A stretch of 63,967 nt of DNA, filler included, from Octopus bimaculoides (Eukaryota): the NCBI RefSeq assembly GCF_001194135.2. It is 6 parts of 6 records of this genome, joined end to end, with 100 filler letters (N's around TTAATTAATTAA, not from the genome) between each part and the next. Parts side by side here need not be neighbours in the genome. Positions count along the whole stretch, not along the records: positions 1 to 28,021 come from NC_068990.1; positions 28,122 to 39,034 come from NC_068981.1; positions 39,135 to 44,252 come from NC_068985.1; 3 more parts are not named here. One strand, written 5' to 3'. Positions 27,494-40,259 of the stretch are shown one piece after another. Both the position numbers and the translations under genes were made by a program. The number at the start of each line of letters is the position of its first letter. Positions within the stretch are counted from its first letter, which is position 1. A model generated the notes under the pieces. That model was not told the origin of the DNA and ran no database searches. It saw only the letters and a program-made list of their open reading frames with translations.

Positions 27494-28021
27494 TAATATA
27501 ATTATATATAGGGGAAACAATTATGGGTCTTTTTTTCTTTATGAGGTTTTTCATGCTGACTACTTGATAAATTCTTATAAAGATTTTATCCTTACACTAT
27601 ATTATATATATATATCTATATATATGTGTGTGTGTGTGTGTGTGTATGTATATATATATTTAAATCAAAATAAGCAACAGGATATCCAGAAGTTATACAG
27701 TATGATCGTTTCAAGCGACTCCATTTAATTGAATAATGCAACCATTACATCAATTTAAATGCACGACGATCTTCAGCTGCATAAATACATAGAATTAAAT
27801 TAAAATTATAACAGATTGACACATTAGTATAATTTGACCTAGAACCTCCAAGAAGGTAAGGAGATAGACAAAGAACATGCTGTCTTCACTTCACCTTAGA
27901 AGCTACTAAAGTATCAGGCAGAAAGATTTGTTACAGGTCTAGCTTGTCACTGTTTTTTAACCTTAGATTTTGATATACAAAGATATGTTAAACAAGATTA
28001 TAAATAAAAATTTACCCCAGA

Positions 28022-28121
28022 NNNNNNNNNNNNNNNNNNNNNNNNNNNNNNNNNNNNNNNNNNNNTTAATTAATTAANNNNNNNNNNNNNNNNNNNNNNN
28101 NNNNNNNNNNNNNNNNNNNNN
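28022..28121. other. Artificial assembly linker N44-TTAATTAATTAA-N44
   Basis: Identical 100-bp cassette also at 39035-39134, 44253-44352, 58201-58300 and 62706-62805. The 12-mer encodes stops in all six frames. Confidence 0.97.
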
Positions 28122-28566
28122 CTCTCTCTCTCTCCCTCTCTCTCTCTCTTTCCCTCTTTCTCTTTATGTTACAATCTATCTTTTACCATTTTTCATCATC
28201 AGTATCTATGTATCAGCGTTTCTCTCCTACTTTCTCACCTTTTCTCTGTCTTCCATTTTTTCTCCTACAGCTACAGTTCGCCTCTACCACCTCCTACTCC
28301 TCCTCCTCCTCCACGTCATCATAGCCATCCTTCTCTTTCTCTTCATTATCATCATCGCCATCCTTATCAATCATTACCGTTCCCACCACCAGCACCAGCA
28401 CCATCATAATCATCATCGTCATAATGTTGAACGGTCAAATTCAAGATGTCTGATGTCAACGTCTTTGTACGTGTATGTGCATGTAACGTCAGTGTGTGTG
28501 TGTGTGTGTGTGTGTGTACGGGTGTATTAGAATGTGTATGTATGAATGCCTACATATGTGTGTGTG

Positions 28567-28608
<42 letters not shown>

Positions 28609-29712
28609 AGTGTGTGTAATGTCAACATCTGTATGTGTGCAAGTAATCTATATATATGCGCGCGCGTGTGCGTGTGTGTGTGTGTGCGTGTGTGTGTGTG
28701 CGTGTGTGTGTGTGTGTGTGTGTAATGAAGCAGGTTTTTGCATGTCACGCTCCATCAAACAGATGCCAAAGTTAATCAAGAGAAGAGATGTTCCTTGTCA
28801 AACTGCACCTTCGCTGCCTCGAACTACCACGGACTATTACAACCAACTCTTTCTTGGCACAATAAAGCATTGTACTTTTACTCTGCATTGTGTGTTCCAC
28901 ACTGCATTGTGACACTTATTGCCAACCATACTTCTGTCTCTTAATATTAATAAGTGACCCGTTTTGCCATTCATACTTTTTCTACAGAATTTGCTGTAGA
29001 ATTTCTGGATCAGTTTTGTAACGTTCTTGATTTTCGTGACCAAAATAGGATTGGAAGAGAAGAGATTTGATAATAAATACGGGTTTCAAATTTTGACACA
29101 AGGCCAGCAACTGGTATTTATTTAATCGACCCCGGAAGGATGAAAAGCAAAGTCACCCTCGGCGGAATTTGAACTCAGCCCCTTAAGACAGACGAAATGC
29201 TGCTGAGTATTTTGCTCAACGCAGTAACGATTCTGCCAGCGCGTCGCCTTCATTTCAGAACCAATATTAAGAAGGCAATAAGTAAACTCTGTGTGATTGA
29301 TTGATCTGAAAGAAAAAGCGACTAAGATAGTCTCCACCATTATTTTAAGACGGTGGGGTGTGACATGTGGAAGGTCTGGTTACTATTTTTGCAAGTAAAA
29401 CGCTAAAGAGTTATTATCTCACTTTCACATATGTTGACTAAAAACGTGCTGCTGTTGCTTTCACTCCAGATCTGTCACAGTCCACTAAACCTTATCAAAG
29501 CCTTCTGACCATGACCATCGCACCTCTCAGAAACAATATATCTACAACTACATGCCTCAATGTGTCCTTACATTTTTCAGGATGCTTGAGGCGATACGAT
29601 TATGATTTTACTACTATTTTTAGCATGTAGATCGACCAGAAAGAGGCATCGTCGTCGCCTGATCGCTTCTAAATAAACAGGTGTTGTCATGTAAGCGGAA
29701 CTTCACACCCAC

Positions 29713-29827
29713 CATTAACGATTGTGTAAAGTAATTGTCGCGAGAAGACGGAAATGTGCAGACGAAGGATAGGAAAATAAATAATAAGAGGCGGCATCAA
29801 AGACAGAAGTGAGTTTAACTTCGCCAT
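29713..29827 (-). CDS. Candidate first coding exon of an unknown gene (hydrophobic N-terminus)
   Basis: aaagATGGcg (strong Kozak context, YY1-like motif) in a CpG-rich patch. MAKLNSLLSLMPPLIIYFPILRLHISVFSRQLLYTIVN(G), then a phase-1 donor AATG|GTGGGT. No downstream exon found. Confidence 0.35.
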
Positions 29828-29931
29828 CTTTGCGGTGTTTCTAACAAATGGTCGAAAGTCAACTGGTGCAGTAGCTCGACATGTAGCTGTAGGTTACGAT
29901 ATGTGTTACAGATAGGTGGATGTAGAGGGGT

Positions 29932-29971
<40 letters not shown>

Positions 29972-30545
29972 ACAAACAAAGAGAGAGAGAAAAACACAGA
30001 GAGAAAGAGAGAGAGAAAAACACAGAGAGAAAAACACAGAGAGAAAGACAGAGATAGATAGATAGATGGATAGATAGATAGATAGATTATTTGTGGATAT
30101 CATAAACAGCAAACATTAAGAATAATATACATCCACATTCACGTGTGTGTGTCACGTGTGTGTGTCACGTGTGTGTGTCACGTGTGTGTGTCTGCGTGTG
30201 TATGTGTAATAGGATATTTATAGTCATACTTTCTAACTCTTGTACTCAGCACTGCATTTTCTTGGGTAAAACACCCAAATGTTCAAGATCCACTCAAGAC
30301 CTCGTAGAAAGTTGCATATATACTTAACGCCTGTTGTTATTTCCGTAATGTGGGTTCTCACATGAATGCAAGAATCCTGACATGGGCTGGAATTCATAAA
30401 GTATAGAATGCCGAATTTTAGAACAAATTCAGTCAACCCAGCGGATCAGGCCTACTATTTGAAAATTTCTCCAAACCAGGTTTAATTTTGATTTTAATTT
30501 TAATTTTTTTTATTTTGTGTATTTATTTAATTATGATAGCAGTAA

Positions 30546-30760
30546 GGCGGAGAGGTAGTAGAAACGTTAGCACGCCGGGCGAAATGCTTAGCGCTATTTC
30601 GTTTGTCTTTACGTTCTGATTTCAAATTCCACCGAGGTTGACTTTGCCTTTCATACTTTCGGGGTCGATAAATTAATTACCAGTTGTGTACTGGAGCCGA
30701 TCTAATCGACTGCCCTCCTCTCTCAAAAAATTTCGGGCCTTGTACCTAGAGTAGAAAAGA
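30546..30760 (+). mobile_element. SINE family A, alternative-tail variant with TSD
   Basis: Same head and core. Tail AATTTCGGGCCTTGTACCTAGAGTAGAAAAG. About 18-bp TSD AATTATGATAGCA(G/A)TAAG at 30529-46 and 30760-77. Confidence 0.88.
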
Positions 30761-30802
30761 ATTATGATAGCAATAAGAAAGTTGAAATAAAATGTAAAAT
30801 TA

Positions 30803-30976
<174 letters not shown>

Positions 30977-31021
30977 TCAAATATTGTTGTATTAGAAATC
31001 ACAATTATATTGTCAGAAAAA

Positions 31022-31066
<45 letters not shown>

Positions 31067-31733
31067 GGACAAAAAGCTTTAATGCGGTTAGAATCCCAGC
31101 TATTTTCAGAACTCAATGTTTTCTTTTAGACACACAGTGTCACCGGTAGAAGCCCAACCATAACATTCTATCAAAGGATACGAGTGACAATGGCATGAAG
31201 ACAATTTTGGGTGTAGACAAGGACAGTTTGATTAGTTTCTTATGGTGAGTTTTCTGGTTGAGGATTGCGACCTGATCTAACTGTACAGCATGATTAGATA
31301 TTCTTTACCGATTCCAAATAAACTCTATAAGTATGCCAGTGCTGCAGCCGTCGGCGAACGTCCCCGTTTAAGATGAACGGAGGGAGATGAAACAGTCCAA
31401 TACGAATTCGTTCAATGTCTGATTAATGAGTTCACGTTGAGCGAAAGTTATCATGTGTGCGATAATTCCAACAAACAGATGAGTCTTCCCTTGTCAGAGG
31501 ACTATGGCGGAGGATGTCGCGATATGGACGAAGGTGGCGGTTCTTATACCTCGTGTCTCAATGTGAAACCTTCACTTTTACATCTTACTTCTCACAGCTT
31601 TCCGTCTTATTTGCTCCAGTTACTTCTGTGAGAGCGGACAGCAACCTGTTGTTAAAGATCTCACAGGGTCTCTTTTCACAAATTGTAAAATTTGGTACTT
31701 AGATGTTAAGTATTGTGGAACATACTTAACACC

Positions 31734-31734
<1 letters not shown>

Positions 31735-31802
<68 letters not shown>

Positions 31803-31943
31803 TATTATTTTATTATTATTATTATTACTATTATTATTTTATTATTATTATTATTATTATTATGAATATTAGTATTATTATTGTTATAATTACTATTATT
31901 ATTATCATTATTATTATGAATATTATTATTATTATTGTCATAA

Positions 31944-32008
<65 letters not shown>

Positions 32009-32024
32009 CATTATTATTATTATT
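31735..32024. repeat. (ATT)n microsatellite, partly interrupted
   Basis: About 290-bp trinucleotide tract. Many other (AT)n, (GT)n, (AGAT)n, (ATG)n and (CT)n tracts occur throughout and border most N gaps. Confidence 0.97.
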
Positions 32025-32049
32025 AATTCACTGGCTTCACGTCAATTTC

Positions 32050-32282
32050 TATTGCACCACCGGATGCACATCTGTGTTCCCGAAGTGAAAGCAGTATTGT
32101 CTTTTGTATTTCTACTTTGCTTCGCTTTTGCTTTGTTCCGGAATTTATGTTGCTTCCGGTGTTAATGTACTGAGTGCTTCGCCTCTTTGTCGCTGCTGTC
32201 GCCGGCGGTTCTGTTGAATAATGTTTTGTGCGGATTATTATTTTTTTTTATGCATGGCGATTGTGTTTCATATATGGTATGT
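32050..32282 (+). promoter_or_regulatory. CpG-rich promoter-like patch with ETS-like motifs and a downstream donor-like site
   Basis: CCGGATG, TTCCGGAA (32136-43) and GCTTCCGGT (32152-60) with locally frequent CpG. Donor-like ATG|GTATGT at 32276/77. Confidence 0.3.
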
Positions 32283-32319
32283 GCGAGTTGTGTTCTGGGC
32301 AAGTGGTGTGGGCTGTGGC

Positions 32320-32375
<56 letters not shown>

Positions 32376-32968
32376 GGGTGGCACTTGCGTAGAGTATGGG
32401 TTGCATGAATCGTTAATAGTGTGTAGAATATGTAGATAAGTCGTTGAGTAATTGAGTAATGGCATGTATGGTGTTATATTTGAATCGATTGTGTACGAGC
32501 CTCTGTTGAGTAGGTTTTGTTTTTAATAGTATTATTTCTGGTTTAAATACATGGATACAAATAGTGCTGGGAGAGAGGTATTGTTAGTTACATCGACTTC
32601 AATCTATTACTGGTACCAATGCAGGTTTCACTCACAAGAATGACAAGCAAAGTCAATCATGATGTAATATCAAGTAAGAACGTAAAAGAACGTAGCTAAA
32701 TATCGCTCTTTGGAATTTACCAACGTACAGTTTTTATTTTCATTTCAACCACCAGCATCATCATGAAGCGTGCGGAAGATGAAAAAACAGTTGAAATTGT
32801 GCCAAAACATGAAATCAAAGTTGGAGAGTATCGGAATTTAAAACGGAACAGAATGATTAAAGAAAACCACATTAATACGACCTGCAGCGAGCCAAAACGA
32901 AAGAGATGAAAGAATTCCAAGCAGAAACGTTGATGTATTTTGTGGGGTATTCTTTTTAGTTTTTTCAT

Positions 32969-33190
32969 TCTTTTATTTGTTTCAGTCATTCCACTGCGGC
33001 CATGCTGGAGCACCGCCTTTAGTCGAACAAATCGACCTCAGGACTTGTAAGCCTAGAATTCATTCTATCGGTCTAATTTGCCAAACCGCTAAGTTACGGG
33101 GACGTAAACACAACAGCATCGGTTGTCGAGCGATGGTGGGGGGAGACAAACAGAGACACACAAACATATTCACACGCACACACATACATG

Positions 33191-33234
<44 letters not shown>

Positions 33235-33664
33235 CATATATATATATATATANNNNNNNNNNNNNNNNNNNNNNNNNNNNNNNNNNNNNNNNNNNNNNNN
33301 NNNNNNNNNNNNNNNNNNNNNNNNNNNNNNNNNNNNNNNNNNNNNNNNNNNNNNNNNNNNNNNNNNNNNNNNNNNNNNNNNNNNNNNNNNNNNNNNNNNN
33401 NNNNNNNNNNNNNNNNNNNNNNNNNNNNNNNNNNNNNNNNNNNNNNNNNNNNNNNNNNNNNNNNNNNNNNNNNNNNNNNNNNNNNNNNNNNNNNNTATAC
33501 GATGGGCTTCTTTTCAGTTTCCATCTACCAAATCCACTCACAAGGCTTTGGTCGGCCTGAGGCTATAGTAGAAGACACTTGCCCAAGGTGCCACACAGTG
33601 GGGGTGAATCCGGAAGCATGTGGCTGGTAAGCAACCTACTTACCACACAGCCACTCCTGCGCCT
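32969..33664 (-). mobile_element. SINE family B full-length copy
   Basis: Reverse complement of the 49691-50180 element, again with an N gap in the internal microsatellite. Confidence 0.9.
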
Positions 33665-33734
33665 ACGTGGCCATTAAAAGAAATGTTTTCTTAGTTCTAT
33701 TTGGAAAGAGAAGTGAGGATGGAGAGGGAAATGC

Positions 33735-33784
<50 letters not shown>

Positions 33785-33785
33785 G

Positions 33786-33851
33786 GAATTTCTAAAATGG
33801 TGGGTGACTCTGGTTATGCATTCGGTGCGTTTGGTATCTTTGGTGGTCAAG
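33786..33851 (+). CDS. Candidate 66-nt symmetric (phase 1-1) Gly-rich exon
   Basis: (CT)n tract followed by TAG acceptor, xISKMVGDSGYAFGAFGIFGGQ(G), donor CAAG|GTGACA. Confidence 0.25.
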
Positions 33852-34126
33852 GTGACACCCCCACCCAAGATCTCTGGGATTTCCTTGGACGGCTCTGATG
33901 GGAGGCACTAAATCATTGATGTATTCACCTATTTTACATAAAATGTATACTTTTATCCCGTTTCACCCTCCTTTTCCTTTCTTCCCGCCATCTTTTATGT
34001 AAACCCCCACACAAATAGTAAAATGACCTGGTAATGTCCTTCTCAAACGATACCCTTGAGGCAAACAACAGAACTTATCATTATTATGGCTATTGATATT
34101 GAAAATACTAATAAAGCTACCACCGA

Positions 34127-34193
<67 letters not shown>

Positions 34194-34698
34194 TCTGCTA
34201 CATACATACAACCATTCCCACCACCATTATGTCAGAGGACGTAACTACTAATAAATAAGTTTCAAAATCATATTTGATAAGTGATCGATAGATCAATATG
34301 CTTCAACTAAAATCTTTACCAAATACTTCGTTAAATTTTTGTTTTTATATATATTTATTCACTTATTACTTTTTTTATTATTGATATATTTTATTGATTT
34401 GTTTGTTTATTAACTTCGATCAGTAAAGAATGTATCGTACTGTCTTCGATATAACAACGAAGAAATTGGCAAACAAGAGAACGATGACGTTGATGATGAT
34501 GATGGCTGTGATGATGATGGCTGTGGTGATGATGATGATTTTATAAACACACACGTGTTCATGTTGTTGTATATCTGTGCATAAGCGTATATTTGTACAT
34601 GTTTATGCATGTACATATGACGATATATATATATATATATATATGTCTATATATATGTGTCTATATATTTATATATATAGACATATATGTATTTAATA

Positions 34699-34758
<60 letters not shown>

Positions 34759-34912
34759 CTGTGAGTGTGTGTGCGTGTATATATATATGTATATGTAAAC
34801 GTATATATATACGTGTGTGTATATATACAAATATGTATATATAAACGTATGCATATATATATATATATTCATATATGTATATATGTGTGTATATACACAT
34901 ATATACATGCAC

Positions 34913-34944
<32 letters not shown>

Positions 34945-35234
34945 GATGTATATATACCTACACGCATCAATCCTTTTACATGCATATATCTTTGTCCTGT
35001 CATTACACACACCAACACACACACACACTCACACACCAATGTATCAGTTTCCCTGCCATGGCTGTTGTGATATTTTGCTCAATAACCTCATGACATATCC
35101 TGTAATATAACACAGCCTATCGACTTATCACGTTCCACTGCACAAATACCTTCACTGATTCAATTTACCTCCTCCTCCTCCTCCTCCTCCTCCTCCCCTT
35201 CTGCTCTTTCCTATTCGTTATTATTGTTATGAGA

Positions 35235-35670
35235 GGCTTCGAGCTGGCAGAAACGTTAGCACGCCGGGCGAAATGCTTGGCGGTATTTCGTCTGTCTTTA
35301 CGTACTGAGTTCAAATGCGACCCATGTCGAATTTGCCTTTCATCCTTTCGGGGTCGATAAAGTAAAGTACCAGTTGTGTGCTGTGATCGATTTAATCGAC
35401 TGCCCCCCCCCCCCGCCTCCACCCAAATTTCGGGCCTTGTGCGCAGAGTAGAAAAGAAATGCTAGCGCGTCAGAAAAAATATCTAGTGGTATCTCTTCCG
35501 GCTCTTTACGTTAAGAGTTCAAATAATGCGGAGGTCGACTTCACACTGCATCCATCCTAGAGTCGATAGAATAAAGTATTAGTCAAGTATCGATGTCAGT
35601 GTCAGCGACTTAGCACTTTTCCCTAAAATTGGGAGCTTTGTACCAAAAATTGTAACGATTGTTCTCTTTA
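35235..35670 (+). mobile_element. Two tandem SINE family A copies (second degenerate)
   Basis: Head, core and tail at 35235-35460, then a diverged copy at 35461-35670. Confidence 0.8.
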
Positions 35671-35780
35671 TTGACATTACACACATACCATTATGCCTAC
35701 ACCCACATACACAAACACACACACATATGTATATGCATATACATATACATACATGTACACACCTATATTCGACACATTGT

Positions 35781-36090
35781 GAAGGCGCGTGGCTAGTAGT
35801 TTGGCTCACGATCGTAAGGTCGTGAGTTCAATGCCGAGCAACGCGTTGTGTCCTTGAGCAAGACACTTTATTTCACGTTGCTGCAGTCCACTCAGCTGGT
35901 AAAAATGACCTGTATTTCAAAGGGCCGGCCTTGTTACACTCTGTGTCGCGATAAATCTCCCTGAGAACTACGTTAGGAGTACACGTGTCTGTGGAGTGCT
36001 CAGCCACTTGCACATTAATTTTACGAGCAAGCTGTTCCGTTGATCAGATCAGCTGGGACCCTCGTCGTCGTAACCGGCTGAGTGCTCCTA
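35781..36090 (+). mobile_element. SINE family C (further copies about 47169-47485 and 54295-54612, minus strand)
   Basis: tRNA-like head with GAGTTCAAT B box, GTGTCCTTGAGCAAGACACTT domain, tail ...GTCGTCGTAACCGGCTGAGTGC. Flanks GACACATTGT / GACACATTAT resemble a TSD. Confidence 0.85.
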
Positions 36091-36570
36091 GACACATTAT
36101 AATACAGGAGGGTCTATATAGTAATATACACACACAGTTATGTGTACATGTAAAAAAATTAATTATACAAACTAGCAACCACGTTTTTACGAACGTACAT
36201 ACATAGATACATATATGCGCGCGCTCGTGCATGTGTGCATACGTGCGTGCGTGTGTGTGTGTGTGTTGTGTATGTGTGTGTTTGTGTGATGATATTACAG
36301 TAAATGATTAATAGAAAATAGAGTGTTCATTTGTAAGTGGAATGAACATAAATAGATATTATATTTCAAGTTTAGGAAAGTAAAGTAGATTGTTACTTAA
36401 GGTGTAATTATACACACACATACACACACACATACATACACACACACACACACACATACACACATATATATATATATATATATATCCCTCTTATATACCC
36501 ACATACCTGTAAATATGTCTGTCTCTCGCCTTCCTTCTCACTATCATTCTGTAAGCTTTTGTGTGTGTGT

Positions 36571-36691
<121 letters not shown>

Positions 36692-37391
36692 CGTGCGTAT
36701 ATATATACATATATATATACACACACACACGCACACATACATATATATTTCTACAAATGCTCACAGACATACACACATATACATATATATGTATATGTAT
36801 ACAGCTCTCTATGAATATATATATGCAATAAATGTAAGTGTCTGTATGTATAAATGCGTTTCTTTCTTTCTTTCTTTCTTTCTATATACATATATTTCTC
36901 AGTATACACATACACGTATACACCTACCCACTCACAAACAGAGGCAGTTAAGCACAGCTAAATAACTTACGGCACCCATGCAAGTTAAGTGGTCTTAAAT
37001 AAAGACACCTAATTATATTACGTGGCCCTTCTTTCCACGACCGCCTCTTCTGGCGTAATCGCATCACGTAAGAGGAACAAATCAATTAAACACAAACTGT
37101 GACTGTGTGGTAGTCATGCATTTCTCAAGTGATTTTACTATTTAAAGGAAATAAATTAGATTAAATCGAAAACCGAAACCGGCTCCCGTAAATATTGCCC
37201 GTCGGGTATTTCCTGATCGTTTTCAGATGTTCCTTCATCCATCCATCCATCCATACATACATACATATATACATACATACATACAAATATACACATGTAT
37301 ATGTATGTGTATATATATATATACAAACATATACATATATATATACATACATATATATACAAATATCCATACTTATATGTACATATATGTA

Positions 37392-37493
<102 letters not shown>

Positions 37494-38136
37494 CATACAT
37501 ACATACATACATATATATACATATATATGCGCATATATAAACATACACATATATACATATAGATACACATATATACATACATATTCATATGTATATATGT
37601 GTGTGGCTGTACGTGTATATATATATATGTGAGTATATATATACATACGAGCATACATACATTCATCACGCTCATACACACACATATACACCATCATTAA
37701 ATAAGTACATACACTCGCGACTCAGCCAGCAAAAGATGAGCCTCCACACAGCCGATATACCATACTATATATTTGTAGTATTATATATACTTATTCATAA
37801 ACTCATGTGGTTATCACAGAAAGCTCTTCCAGCAGACCCGGTTAGCAGATCACACAGTAATCATCCTATACGGGGGAGTAGAGTGCAGAGTATCCATGCA
37901 GCTGAAATCTAGGAGATCCGATCGGTGAGATTATTTCATGAGAGCATAAACCATAATCGTGCAATTATGTAAAGATGATTTATTATAAGCTGAAATTATT
38001 ATTACATGATGAAAGCTGCGAAACAGCTGTAATCCTAAGAATAAAGTGTGTTTAAATAAATATATTCATCTCTCATACCTCTTGGATCTTTATGGTTAGT
38101 AGGCAGACAGACAGACAGCCAGACAGCCAGACAGCC

Positions 38137-38197
<61 letters not shown>

Positions 38198-38368
38198 TTG
38201 TTAGCTGTAGGTGTAAGACATAACTTATCTGAAGATCGTGTTCACATAGAGGTGAAGCTCAGATTAACCAGAGACTGACTCGGCTCAAATATATATATAT
38301 ATATATATTATTGATCTACAAATGTATTAAGTACTCATTTTCCCGATGGTCAACACTAAATCTGTGTA

Positions 38369-38468
<100 letters not shown>

Positions 38469-38823
38469 CACACACGAATACACACGTGGAAGTTTGACTA
38501 TAATTGTAACTAAGTACCAAAATGACTTAAAATCTCGGCGCATGCGGTTTTCGATGTAGAGATATGTATATGTTAAATATCTGATCTGTTTTCATAGAAA
38601 ACTACAATATTTGGGTTAATATGGAATATTAACAAAATATAAACGGGAACGGCAACAACAGCTGTATGGGTACGTTGGAGAGAGGTGTAGGGCCAAGCTA
38701 AAGTACAATTGCATTTGTATGACACACCTCACACCTCACATGTGTTCACTGTGTGCGTGTGTGTATGTGTGTGTGAGTATATGAATATATTTGAATATGT
38801 ATGAATATATTTATATATGTATA

Positions 38824-38872
<49 letters not shown>

Positions 38873-38992
38873 ATATGCACAAACACATATAGACACAAAT
38901 ATTCATATACGCATACATGTGCGGATGATTATGCATACTATGTAATCATGCATATTTACATATTCACACGAATCTCTCTCTCTCTCTCTCTT

Positions 38993-39034
<42 letters not shown>

Positions 39035-39134
39035 NNNNNNNNNNNNNNNNNNNNNNNNNNNNNNNNNNNNNNNNNNNNTTAATTAATTAANNNNNNNNNN
39101 NNNNNNNNNNNNNNNNNNNNNNNNNNNNNNNNNN

Positions 39135-39350
39135 TGAGTTGAGACTGAGTCTCAAAGTCATGGTTGTCGCTACAAAGTCTGCGTAGACGGAGGAATTGGG
39201 AATAGGGGATGGAAAGTTTGGTGTGTCTAGGGTGGGAGGAGGAGAAGTTGAGATAGGAGTGTGAGTCTGTGTGTTTGTTGTGGATGGAGGTGCTAAGGGC
39301 GGAGTGGAGGATGCTGACCGAAATGTCGAGAAAGGGGACAGAGGTGTGGG
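39135..39350 (-). mobile_element. Penelope-like retroelement RT C-terminal/linker fragment
   Basis: VPFLDISVSILHSALSTSIHNKHTDSHSYLNFSSSHPRHTKLSIPYSQFLRLRRLCS matches the PLE pattern FLD...TSVY.KPTDSHSYL.Y.SSHP.H.K.SIPYSQFLR.RR.CS. Truncated by the linker gap. Confidence 0.8.
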
Positions 39351-40259
39351 GCATGCGGTGATCTTTCTGGCTGGGGAAGCAATGACTAAAATTTTCTGTC
39401 ACATATATATTTCAATCAAATTGACATGTTCATATTATACAGCCATTTTTTAGAATAAAAAAAGATCACAATTAAAACTTACCTATTTTATTTAAATGTT
39501 AGTTCAATCTGTAATGATGAAGATTATTTTTATAGCAGTTGAAATTTAATTGTAACAGCATGTTGTAAGATGTGGAAGATGAACAATGCATGAAGTTTTA
39601 AAGAAATATTTATTTACTGTTACATTGTATGTACTTTACTTCGACGGGCAGGTGATAAAATCCCAAAGCATGCAAAGTAAAGATAGATGTCTTAGATTTT
39701 CCTTGTATAGTTTATGTTCTCGTCATTGTGTAGTAGTAATTACAGATGGAGATAGAATAATGTTTAAGAGAAAATAAAGTGAGCTTGTGAGAGTGAGAGA
39801 GTGTGGGTAAGTTGTCTCATAGTTACTGAATGTAAACTTCATTTCTCCCTCTGATCATTTGTCTTTAATAGTTGCCTACTTGTGACCATGATTCTAGTGT
39901 TCCATTCCTTTGATGGTAGCTGTCTCTGACTCGAGTTGTCACTCACTAACTAACTGATTGAGTTGTCACGAGCTGACTAACTGATTTTTGCTTGGGGGTT
40001 CTTGCTTTTATAACTATCCAGAAGGATAGACATATTGTTGAGAACAATGGATTTCGTTGGTGGTACTTGTTATCTTAATTCTAGCTTTTGGTGACGTAGA
40101 AGAGGTTAGAAGGGTCAAGTGGTGAAGACATTATTTCGGCTTAGCTAAGGCAGCTGGAATATGTAAAACTGCTGTCACAGAAAAAAAACCATTGTTCTAC
40201 TGTGAGAAAAGTTCTGTTGAACTGTTAATTTAAATTTGGCCGTGGTGGATCGAATCCAC

